Below the pieces are notes generated by a model. It saw nothing but the letters and a program-made list of their open reading frames with translations, was not told the origin of the DNA and made no database searches. Shown here piece after piece: positions 38,757-47,860 of a DNA stretch of 64,000 bases (its first letter is position 1; the number at the start of each line of letters is the position of its first letter). Source of the stretch: Candidatus Latescibacterota bacterium (GTDB taxonomy: Bacteria; Latescibacterota; CBDEFO01). The position numbers were made by a program, and so were the translations under genes. The stretch is from the NCBI GenBank assembly GCA_965248755.1, contig OZ252149.1, positions 544,001-608,000 on the forward strand, given 5' to 3'.

Positions 38757-39560
38757 ATGACAAGAGTGGTCGTCTGTGGGGTAGCCGGAAGGATGGGTGT
38801 GAGGCTGTCCAATCTCATCCTCGAAAGCGACGACCTGGAACTTGTGGGCGGGACGGAAACTCCAGGTCACAGCGCTATAGGCGCCGACATCGGAGAGACC
38901 GTCGGCGCCGGTAATTTAGGGATAAGTGTCTCTGACAATTTGGAGGAAATTACATCCCGGGCCGACGTAGTCACCAACTTCACCGCGCCCCGTGCCACAG
39001 TCGAAGCCGCCGAAATCTGCGGGAGAACTGGTGTGGCCATGGTGGTCGGCACCACGGGACTGGACGAAAGCCAACTTTCGCAGTTTAAGAGGGCCGTATC
39101 CAACATCCCATGCGCCTTTGCTCCCAACTTCAGCGTCGGAGTCAATCTCCTTTTCAAGCTCGTAAAAGAGGCATCGCAGATACTTGGTGACGCCTACGAT
39201 GTTGAGATAATAGAGACGCATCACAACCTCAAGAAGGACGCCCCCAGCGGCACTGCCGCCAAATTAGCCCAAATAGTCGCAGAAGCATTAAAAAGAGACC
39301 TTTCCGACTCTACTGTCTACGGTAGAGAAGGCATGATAGGTGAGCGCACCCAACAAGAGATAGGCATCCACGCTGTAAGGGCAGGAGACATAGTCGGCGA
39401 ACACACTGTCCTCTTCGGAGGCACAGGTGAGAGCATCCAGCTTCTGCATAGAGCCCAGAGCAGAGACTCCTTCGCCACAGGAGCTTTAAGGGCTGTGAGA
39501 TTCGTGGCAAGAGCAGAACCCGGACTCTACGATATGACAGATGTGTTAGGGATAAAATAA
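38757..39560 (+). CDS. dapB: 4-hydroxy-tetrahydrodipicolinate reductase
   Basis: GVAGRMG, VVGTTG, APNFSVGVN, ETHHNLKKDAPSGTA, RAGDIVGEH. Confidence 0.97.
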   Translation: MTRVVVCGVAGRMGVRLSNLILESDDLELVGGTETPGHSAIGADIGETVGAGNLGISVSDNLEEITSRADVVTNFTAPRATVEAAEICGRTGVAMVVGTTGLDESQLSQFKRAVSNIPCAFAPNFSVGVNLLFKLVKEASQILGDAYDVEIIETHHNLKKDAPSGTAAKLAQIVAEALKRDLSDSTVYGREGMIGERTQQEIGIHAVRAGDIVGEHTVLFGGTGESIQLLHRAQSRDSFATGALRAVRFVARAEPGLYDMTDVLGIK

Positions 39561-39718
39561 GTAGGCAGCAACGAGGGCATCCCTCCTCCTTCCCAATTAA
39601 AAAACAGACAAGAATGTCTGTTCTACCAATTACATTATCAACACACTCTTGTGGTGGGTCAGACATTCCTGTCTGACGAGGGAAGGGAAGCGGTGCCACT
39701 GTCCACTGACTACTGATT

Positions 39719-40996
39719 ATGATGGCAGCCTACAAAGACACAGCCTTCTTCGCAGTTGTTATAGCGCTATTTGCGGTCTATCTCACGGTATCTTTTCTCC
39801 TGAAAGACAGGAAACTTCCGGCAGGGATTCAGGATCTGATAGATTCTAAGATTCACTATGCCGCGATCGGGGCCCTCCTAATGGCGCTCCTGCCGGAGCC
39901 TATCCGACCATATTTTGGGCAGGGACGTGATTATATTCTCACGATTCTGGTAGGATGGATAGGATTCGATCTCGGAAGACATATCGAGCTCAGACGCCTC
40001 ACAAAGATATCGGGCTGGCTCTTTTCGACGATTACATTCCAGGCGCTATCAACTTTTACCCTCATCTTTCTGGCTCTCTACATTCCTATGCCTCAACTGC
40101 CCGGTGTCTTTGCACAACTGCTACCGTACAGGACTCAGATCGCCCTCGTCCTGGCTGCCGCCTCCTCCACAATGGCCGTCAGGAGAACTTTCCACGTCGA
40201 TTCCACAGGACCGGTCACCTCTTATCTGACAGAGGCTCCGCCTTTGGCAAACTGCTTGATAGTGCTGATTCTGACGGTATACACAGTCCTTTCACAGGAA
40301 AGGGGAGACATCATTATCAAAGAGATAGTAGTGTCTGGTTGGGTCGCAAAAATGGGGGTATCTGTGATCCTGGGCTTCGGTACAGGGATACTACTGGACA
40401 TGCTCTCCAGAGACGATCTGGACTACAAAAGGAAGACAGCACCGATGCTCGGCGCCCTCATCTTGGGATGCGGCCTTGCGGCTGCTCTCCGACTGCCCGT
40501 CATACTCATCGGACTCGTCTCAGGGGCCTGGCTTATCAACACTACGCTCAGGCGAAGAGAGGTCATTAACCTTGTAAATCCCCCGTCAACTTTCCTCGAA
40601 GGAATATTCATGATCCTTTGGGGGACCCTGATCGGTGAAAAAAGCGCGCCAAACCTTTACTTGGTCCTCGTTATGTCACTGCCCCTTTTTGCCGCAGCGG
40701 CAGTCGCCAAGATCCTAGGAGCCCACATAGGGGCATGGCTGTTCACCAGAGAAATTTCCAAAGGCAGAGAGGTCTTTGGACTGGGTCTCCTGCCCTGTGG
40801 GAGTATTTCGCTTGTTCTGGTTCTAATAGGCACAGATGCTCTGCCCATTCTCCCTCAGAACATAGCCCTAATCTCTATACTCACAGCGACGATACTCAGC
40901 CGGCTTGCTGCTCCTTATTCCATATTGACAGCTTTGACCAGGACCGGAGAGGTCAAAACGCAATATCAAGCTTCCAGACAAGCAGGTAGTAGATAG
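39719..40996 (+). CDS. Polytopic membrane protein, cation:proton antiporter-like
   Basis: About 12 TM segments, VGWIGFDLG, AAVAKILGA, GLGLLPCGSISL. Confidence 0.55.
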   Translation: MMAAYKDTAFFAVVIALFAVYLTVSFLLKDRKLPAGIQDLIDSKIHYAAIGALLMALLPEPIRPYFGQGRDYILTILVGWIGFDLGRHIELRRLTKISGWLFSTITFQALSTFTLIFLALYIPMPQLPGVFAQLLPYRTQIALVLAAASSTMAVRRTFHVDSTGPVTSYLTEAPPLANCLIVLILTVYTVLSQERGDIIIKEIVVSGWVAKMGVSVILGFGTGILLDMLSRDDLDYKRKTAPMLGALILGCGLAAALRLPVILIGLVSGAWLINTTLRRREVINLVNPPSTFLEGIFMILWGTLIGEKSAPNLYLVLVMSLPLFAAAAVAKILGAHIGAWLFTREISKGREVFGLGLLPCGSISLVLVLIGTDALPILPQNIALISILTATILSRLAAPYSILTALTRTGEVKTQYQASRQAGSR

Positions 40997-41039
40997 TAGG
41001 TAGATCGAACCATAACCTTAAAGATAAGGACAGCCCCCT

Positions 41040-42350
41040 TTGAGAAGTATTATTGTATTTGTCATAACGATTAGTTTAGCCTATCTGGGAAAAGAGAGCG
41101 GACTTTCTGGGTCTGCCGAACCCCTGTGGTCTTTGGGATGTCTCCTCATATTGGCGTCTGCAGTCGGATCTCTCCTTGGGAGAGTAAAGCTCCCCTTGAT
41201 CGCAGGATATGCCGCTGTCGGAATCGTACTTTCTTTTGGACCTGTGGGTATTGTTTCAAGGGGCATTGCAGACTATCTATCCCCTCTACTGGCCCTGTCC
41301 GCAGGCTGGATAGCTATGCACATCGGAGCGCAGCTTTACGGATCTTTACAGATATTCAGATGGAGAAACGCTCTAATTTCTCTCCTCCCACCTGTCGCCT
41401 CTTTCCTTGTGACTACAGTGCTCTTAAAGCTCATTTTTGCGGAGCTTCCCACTCCTTTATTACTGCTCCTTGGGACGGTAGCTTCTGTCCTTGCCCCGTT
41501 TGCTATCTTCTCCTTGCAGTCAGGCGGAGCGTCCACCGCACTGCTTGCATTCATTTCCCTTGGAACAGTCACATCCTTCATCGTCTGGTCTATCGTCGTA
41601 GCCCTGGTGCGAGCTGAGCATATCCAGGGACTTTCGCCGTACCAGATTGCTCTCCCATCTGTCGCCATTTTCGGCTCGTTGCCTTTGGGGTTGATATTAG
41701 GAGAGATAGTGGGCACGTTCTACAGCAGCTTGAGGCGTCCTCCTGTCTATATTCTCCCATTTGTCGCTATCTTCCTCTCACAGATCCTATCGCAAATGAC
41801 AGGCACAGATCACATACTGGCATCTATGCTAGCTGGGATCTTTGCCGAAAGACGCTTAAGATCGGGAAAAGACGGAGGGATATCCTTGAACTCTGTGTTC
41901 CAAGCAAGCGAACCTGTGACGCAAACTTTTCTGGTCGTCACCTTTGGTGCACTTGGAGCCCAGATCCTTACTCCCAGCCCCCTGTACAGCCTCTGGAAAA
42001 TAGGCCTGGTCTATGTAATTTCCTCATCAGTTGGCAGAGCTGCAGGTGGCTTTATCGCAAGCAGGATGCTTACGTCCCGACCTTTGCAGGCGAGAGAGTT
42101 CTTGATCGGTTGTCTCCCACAGGGTGTTGTAGCGTTTCATCTCATTACGAAGACTCACGATACGATCTCTGAAATCTCCTCCTTGAGGGCATATTCAGAC
42201 ATATTTGTGACAACAGCCACAGCAGGTGTACTCATCGGAACCCTTATATTTTCCATCCCCGCGGGGTTTTTGATGAACTCAAGGTCGAACGTCAATTCCG
42301 TGAGGGACAAAGATGAGCTTCAGGAAGCCATGGAAACAGATAGGATATAA
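41040..42350 (+). CDS. Polytopic membrane protein, cation:proton antiporter-like
   Basis: KLPLIAGYAAVGIVL..GP, WIAMHIGAQL, FGALGAQI, CLPQGVVA. Confidence 0.6.
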   Translation: MRSIIVFVITISLAYLGKESGLSGSAEPLWSLGCLLILASAVGSLLGRVKLPLIAGYAAVGIVLSFGPVGIVSRGIADYLSPLLALSAGWIAMHIGAQLYGSLQIFRWRNALISLLPPVASFLVTTVLLKLIFAELPTPLLLLLGTVASVLAPFAIFSLQSGGASTALLAFISLGTVTSFIVWSIVVALVRAEHIQGLSPYQIALPSVAIFGSLPLGLILGEIVGTFYSSLRRPPVYILPFVAIFLSQILSQMTGTDHILASMLAGIFAERRLRSGKDGGISLNSVFQASEPVTQTFLVVTFGALGAQILTPSPLYSLWKIGLVYVISSSVGRAAGGFIASRMLTSRPLQAREFLIGCLPQGVVAFHLITKTHDTISEISSLRAYSDIFVTTATAGVLIGTLIFSIPAGFLMNSRSNVNSVRDKDELQEAMETDRI

Positions 42351-42384
42351 TAACGCAGTCAGTTCTTCTAAAATCCAAGACCTG

Positions 42385-43188
42385 ATGAAGATCGCAAGAT
42401 TCAAAAAAGTTATAATCATTCAAGGACTTGTCCTTATAACCACTTTTTTTCCCGATAGCTCTTCTGCTTTGTCCCCTCTTCCAGGAAAGTATGTCTATTC
42501 CATAAAATATGCCAACATCCCTGCCATAGAGGTGCAAGTTAACATCACGCCACTTATCAAAGGCGGTGCGGTCACTCCGTACAACAAAGGACATTCTGTC
42601 TACAGCATCCGAGCGAGCACAAAGTCCAACAGGTTCTTTTCTTCCTTCTTCAAAGTAGACAACACGTACGCATCTACGGCAGACCTGGAGAGCGGATACT
42701 CCATAGACTTCAGCAAGGACATCCGTCAGAGCAACATAACGCAGGAATTGAAAGTCCGATACGACCAAGAGAATCACAGAGCCGAGCGCGCTGACGGGAG
42801 CACTTATCCTGTCCTCCCGAACACGCACGATCTTCTATCTTTTCTCATATACACAGCCGCACAGCCTCTATCAGTTGGAGATAAGCTCCAAATGAGCATA
42901 GACGTGGAAGGAACCCCCTGGCACCTTGTGGCAGAGGTGATATCCAAGGAAAAGGTGAGGTCTCCCTGGGGAAGAATTGACGCAATACTTTTGAAATCAA
43001 TCTTTACAAAAGTGGGAGAAGGCAGACCTGATATCTGCAAGACAGACCTGCTCACCAACAACCTTATACGAGCAGATACAGAGCTAAGAGTATGGCTTTC
43101 AGACAACAAGGATAGAATCATACTCAAGATCGAATATGGCCGACCGCCCTTCAAAGTGTCTATGGAATTAAAAGAGATGATCAGATAA
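42385..43188 (+). CDS. DUF3108-like exported protein
   Basis: Signal-like N-terminus, YVYSIKYANIPA, FFSSFFKVDNTY, HDLLSFL, VWLSDNKDRIILKI. Confidence 0.6.
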   Translation: MKIARFKKVIIIQGLVLITTFFPDSSSALSPLPGKYVYSIKYANIPAIEVQVNITPLIKGGAVTPYNKGHSVYSIRASTKSNRFFSSFFKVDNTYASTADLESGYSIDFSKDIRQSNITQELKVRYDQENHRAERADGSTYPVLPNTHDLLSFLIYTAAQPLSVGDKLQMSIDVEGTPWHLVAEVISKEKVRSPWGRIDAILLKSIFTKVGEGRPDICKTDLLTNNLIRADTELRVWLSDNKDRIILKIEYGRPPFKVSMELKEMIR

Positions 43189-43204
43189 AGCGATGCGATC
43201 TTAA

Positions 43205-44830
43205 CCCGCATTCCCCCTATTAAACCAGAACAATGCTTTGATAATATGTCATAACATGTTATTATGTGATAAATAACATTAGAAAATATATGGCAAGTAC
43301 TGGTCGCCCGGAGGGTGAAAGAATGAAAGTAGGTTTTGATGGAGGAATAAAGTTTGAATTTCATGGTGCAAAGGTGACATCAAACGGTGGGCTTCTTGCG
43401 TATCGTGACCTTGATTACGCACTGGGATTATTTGATTCGGTATCAGCGGTTTTTACCGATAAACGCACAGGCCGTAATATCCAACATGATATATCTACTC
43501 TCCTGGGTCAATCGATATACAGCCGTCTTGCAGGATATGAAGATGTAAATGAGGCCGAGCTATTATCCGTTGATCCCCTCATGCGAGCGATCACCGGAAA
43601 AAAGGCCAAAGGCAAGCAAGCCGCCAGCTCCAACACGATAGGACGTTTTGAAACTGAGACACTGACTCAGCACGACAATCTCAGAAACTTGTCAGATATC
43701 AATGGCAAGTGGGTTCAAGAAGCGATGAGTAAAACACATCATCAACGAATTATTCTGGACATGGATAGTTCGGAGAGTCCGGTACATGGCGAGCAGGAAG
43801 GATCAGCTTACAACGGTCATTTCGGGTGTACCTGTTTTCATCCAGTGTTCTGCTTCAATCAGTTCGGGGATTGTGAAGGAGTCCTGCTTCGCTCTGGTAA
43901 TGTCCACAGTGCTGATCTCCCCTATTGAATCTATCGGGGACGAATCGTCAAGAGATACGAGAGCAAAAAGAATAGGAAATACTTTCGAGGTGATGCTGCA
44001 TTCGCAAAGCCTGAGATTTATGATTATCTGGAGGAAAACGGCTATTTGTATCCATTCGGCTTCCCGCAAATGAGATACTCTATGAAAAGATTCGATTCCT
44101 GCTGACTCGGCCAGTTGGACGACCGCCGAGGAAACCGATTGTGTTGTTATATGAATTTCAATATAAAGCGGCCAGTTGGGATCAATCGAGGCGAGTGGTC
44201 GCCAAGGTTGAATGGCACCAAGGGGAGTTATTCCCAAGAGTGGGATTTATCGTGACCAGCATGAGCGCCAAGCCAGAAGGCGTGGTACACTTCTACAATG
44301 GCCGTGGGACAGCTGAGCAGTGGATTAAGGAGGGTAAGTATGCTCTGAACAGGACCCGACTCTCATGCAAGCGTTTCGTCTCCAATCAGGTGAGGCTCTG
44401 GCTGTTTGTTCTGGCTTACAACTTGGGCTACTTCCTGCGACGCTTTGTTCTTCCGAAGAAAATCAAACACTGGTCACTACGCAGCCTCCTCGTGAAATTT
44501 ATCAAAATCGGAGCGAAGGTTGTCAGACACAGCGGATATATTACGTTTCAGATGGCTGAGGTTGGGATAGACAAAAGGTTATTTGCCGAAATATTATCCC
44601 GCATTGAACGATTGCGATGTTATCTGTTTAAACTGCCACATTTTTTTGTGAGTCGATGGAGCGGTGTCTCTAATTAGAGGATTTACATACACAGAAAGTG
44701 ATAATTCAGAGGAAAATGCTATTTTGATTGAAAAAAGTACTTGTTGAAAAATATAAAAGTGATAATATTCATTCACAAACAAGATTGTATCGAAATAAAA
44801 TCCCTCATGAAAGTGATATGGGAATGTCGA
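43205..44830 (+). mobile_element. IS1380-family insertion sequence, copy 2; transposase inactivated
   Basis: Closely similar to copy 1; ends CCCGCATTCCCCCTAT / ATATGGGAATGTCGA; stop created by a hairpin replacement at 43918-43943 and a 1-bp deletion near 44051. Confidence 0.88.
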
Positions 44831-44893
44831 TTAGAATCTAAGCGCTGAGACTTCCCAGCGTCGTATTAGTGTCACGGAAGGAGGCATAGTTCA

Positions 44894-46394
44894 ATGTCAC
44901 CGAAGATACTCGCTGGCCCTCTCTTGGGCCTCGAGGGAGATACCATATATACCATCTGCTTCCTATCGAATCAGCACACTGCAGCTCCCGAGGTCGTTGT
45001 CGACGACATTACTTATCCGGCTACACGAGTTCAAAGTACACCAAGCGGCGTCTTCTAGCGTGCAGTCGTTCAGGTGCAGAAACCGGACCAAGGCAAGTTC
45101 TCTGTCTACCAGATCCGGTCCGGTGGCTCCCGAGTGCCGGATGTTCGTCGCCGCAGCCAGTGGGAGTTCTGGGTGCCTGGAAATGAGGAGCCGAGGATCG
45201 CCTACGCGTCGTGCAACGGTTTCTCAAGCGGCGATGCGAGGACCAAGCTTGCAGAGCCCTACGCTCTTTGGAAGCACATGGTCGAAGATCACAGGCAGTC
45301 GCCCTTCGCGCTGCTCATCATGGGGTGGCGACCAGCTCTATGCAGACGAACTCTGGGAGAGCCGGCGGGCACCTTCTATCGCGGCCTGGTCCGAGCTGGA
45401 TCGAAAGCAGCGTATTAAGCGGGCCGCGGGTCCCCGGTTGCACGGCCAACTCGATCGCTTTTACGAGGATCTCTATCTCCGCCACTGGAACCAGGAAGAG
45501 ATGTCGCTAATGATGGCGTCTATTCCATCGATCATGATGTGGGACGATCATGACATCTTTGACGGTTGGGGTTCGTATCCACGTGATTTACAGACCTGCC
45601 CCGTCTACAAGGCGGTTTTTGGAGCTGCGCGCAAATACTTCGAGCTTTTCCAGATCCGCTCGAACGCCAACACAGCGCTTCTGAACGGCGGTAGCGGACA
45701 CTACTCATTCGGCATTCGCTTCCGTGGCTACGGAATCCTGGGGCTGGACAATCGGTCGAATCGCACCGATAAGGTTGTGATGAATGCACAGAACTGGTCG
45801 GACGTGAAAAACTGGCTCAGCGCAAACAGCGGACGGCACCGCACACTGCTCGTGCTTTCGGCGGTACCGGTCGTCTACCGCGATTTCGGAAGGAGCGAGA
45901 CCATCTTAGAACTTACTCCGTGGGAGGAAGAGCTTAGCGACGATATCCGAGACCAATGGCGCTCGAAGCACCACGAAGGCGAGCGCATGAGGCTGATAAT
46001 GAATCTGCTCAACTTCAGGACGCGCTCCCAACCATCCGACGGAAAGACGGTAATTCTCTCAGTGGATGTGCACGTGGGCTGCCTCGACGTCATCCGTGAC
46101 CAGCGCAACCCCCTTGCGACACGGAGGATCTACCAGGTTGTCTCTTCGCCTATCGTGCACCCGGCGCCGACCTGGATCCAGTGGAGAGGGGTCGTCGCCG
46201 GAAGCAACGACGATCCGGAGAGCCTCGATGATGGTCAGATCGTCACCGAAATCATCATGCCTTACGGAGCTGACGACAAATTCCTTCGGACTCGCAACTA
46301 CGTCACACTACAAGAGGGCAATGATAGCAAACTCTGGGTCAACTGGATCTGCGAAAGCGGTATAGCACCGGTCTATGTCATTGAAGGGTCCTGA
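44894..46394 (+). pseudogene. Alkaline phosphatase D (PhoD)-family gene with in-frame stop and frameshift; GC-rich
   Basis: MSPKILAGPLLG..., TAG near 45056, IAYASCNGFS, frameshift at LLIMG/GDQLYAD, MMWDDHDIFDGWGS, LDNRSNR, LSVDVH. Confidence 0.8.
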
Positions 46395-46690
46395 TGACAC
46401 AGACCGTGATCTGTCCTCGGCCGTAGTACCATATCCAACGTATAATCTCAGGGTCCTCTTCGCAAAAGTGGAACGGAGTAACCCTGCACTGGCGGCCAGT
46501 CTTCGACGCACTAACATAGAATGTATTACAATTACTGGGGTAGGTCACTGCAGCTGGTTTGGAGAAGGACCAGCATGTGTATCGCTATCTCGCAAGGGAT
46601 ACAAAGAATAGCCGAATCGCTGTTGTATACATGGATAGCAAGCTGAGATAAAAATGAGCGCTTAATAGACTCTGCCTGCTCGTACTATAC

Positions 46691-46870
46691 TAAGTAGCAT
46701 AACAGAAGTTGTGGGATATGTTAAGTCAGAAGATAGGTGAGATTGTTTCGGAGCTAACGCTCCTCGTAATGACCCAGGGTCGAAGCCAGGCAGTTGAAAG
46801 ATACAGATAAACCGTCATTGAAAGCGAAGCAATCTCGTGATTTGTCCAGACTATTTTGACCTGATACTTA
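46691..46870 (+). mobile_element. MITE family B (about 180 bp, REP-like hairpins inside)
   Basis: Ends TAAGTAGCAT / CTGATACTTA; internal GAGATTGTTTCG..CGTAATGAC and GTCATTG..GAAGCAATCTC; left end homologous to 30377. Confidence 0.6.
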
Positions 46871-47349
46871 ATCTCTGGCTCCAAAGTAAAACTCATATAC
46901 TTTCCTGGCTTCGTCTTAGCATTTTCTTCCTATCTTTAAGGCGTCTTCAGCGTCTTTCACGTCAAATATCTCCGATGGACCCACTCCTGCAGATTCGTCC
47001 CATAATCTTATAAGAGATGGGGTTTTCTCCCCAAAAAGTTCTTCGATACTTTCTGGGGACCCCGATCAAATCCTAACTTATCGAACAGAGGTAGAGCTTC
47101 CTCGATCACTGCGACCAGGGACGCGTCAAGATTCCCATTTTTCAGCAACCGACGAATCTGATCGGACGGATTATGAGTTGTTTCGACCGGACTCATCGCT
47201 GCAATAATAGCTTTTGCCCCATTTTCAACCGACATTTGAGAATTATCTACATACGATCTTCACCGTGAAAGTTTGAAATCCTCCTCGGCCTCCTTTAAGA
47301 AACCCTCCGCCAACCTCAGCCGATATGCCGAATCAGTCCGAGGCATCAT
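46868..47349 (-). pseudogene. HEPN-domain protein, disrupted
   Basis: YRLRLAEGFLKEAEEDF, in-frame TGA, SQMSVENGAKAIIA..THNP; 42-bp hairpin insertion and further stops. Confidence 0.7.
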
Positions 47350-47850
47350 AATATCCTCGCCAATCTATTCCCCATTCCACTTTAGGCTGAAACTTCCATT
47401 CCCAGTGTACCTCACCGTTTTCCTCGACTCTTTTTAAACCAGCCTCGGCTATAATCTCCCTGATCCTCTTCAATCTGTTCTCCATAAATCCATCAGTATC
47501 ATAGATCACGATGCCGTCCAACCCTAAATCCAGGAAAAAGGAGGGAAATTCCTCCTCAAACTCGTCCTTTGTCTTGACTATCAGATTTGCCCGCTCTTGT
47601 AGCTTTCCCGCCATACCCTCTCTGAGAGAATAAGCCGCTCCATCCTGCGAAGAGGGAGCTTTCTTGCAACTACAAAAAGGTCGTAATCGCTGTAGGTATC
47701 ACCCTGTCCCCTGGCTCTCGAACCGAAGAGCACAACGGCCACAAGGTTATCTCCTAAATGTTCCAAGAAGACGCGCTTTGCTCTATTGAAAAAGTCTTTT
47801 TCAACCCGTAGTGGGCGTACCACTTGAACTTTACGTTTAGCAGCGGACAT
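47333..47850 (-). pseudogene. Minimal nucleotidyltransferase (MNT), frameshifted; partner of the HEPN gene
   Basis: LGDNLVAVVLFGSRARG..YSDYDLFVV in one frame, FFLDLGLDGIVIYDTDGF..HWEWK in another. Confidence 0.75.
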
Positions 47851-47860
47851 CGGACTCTTA

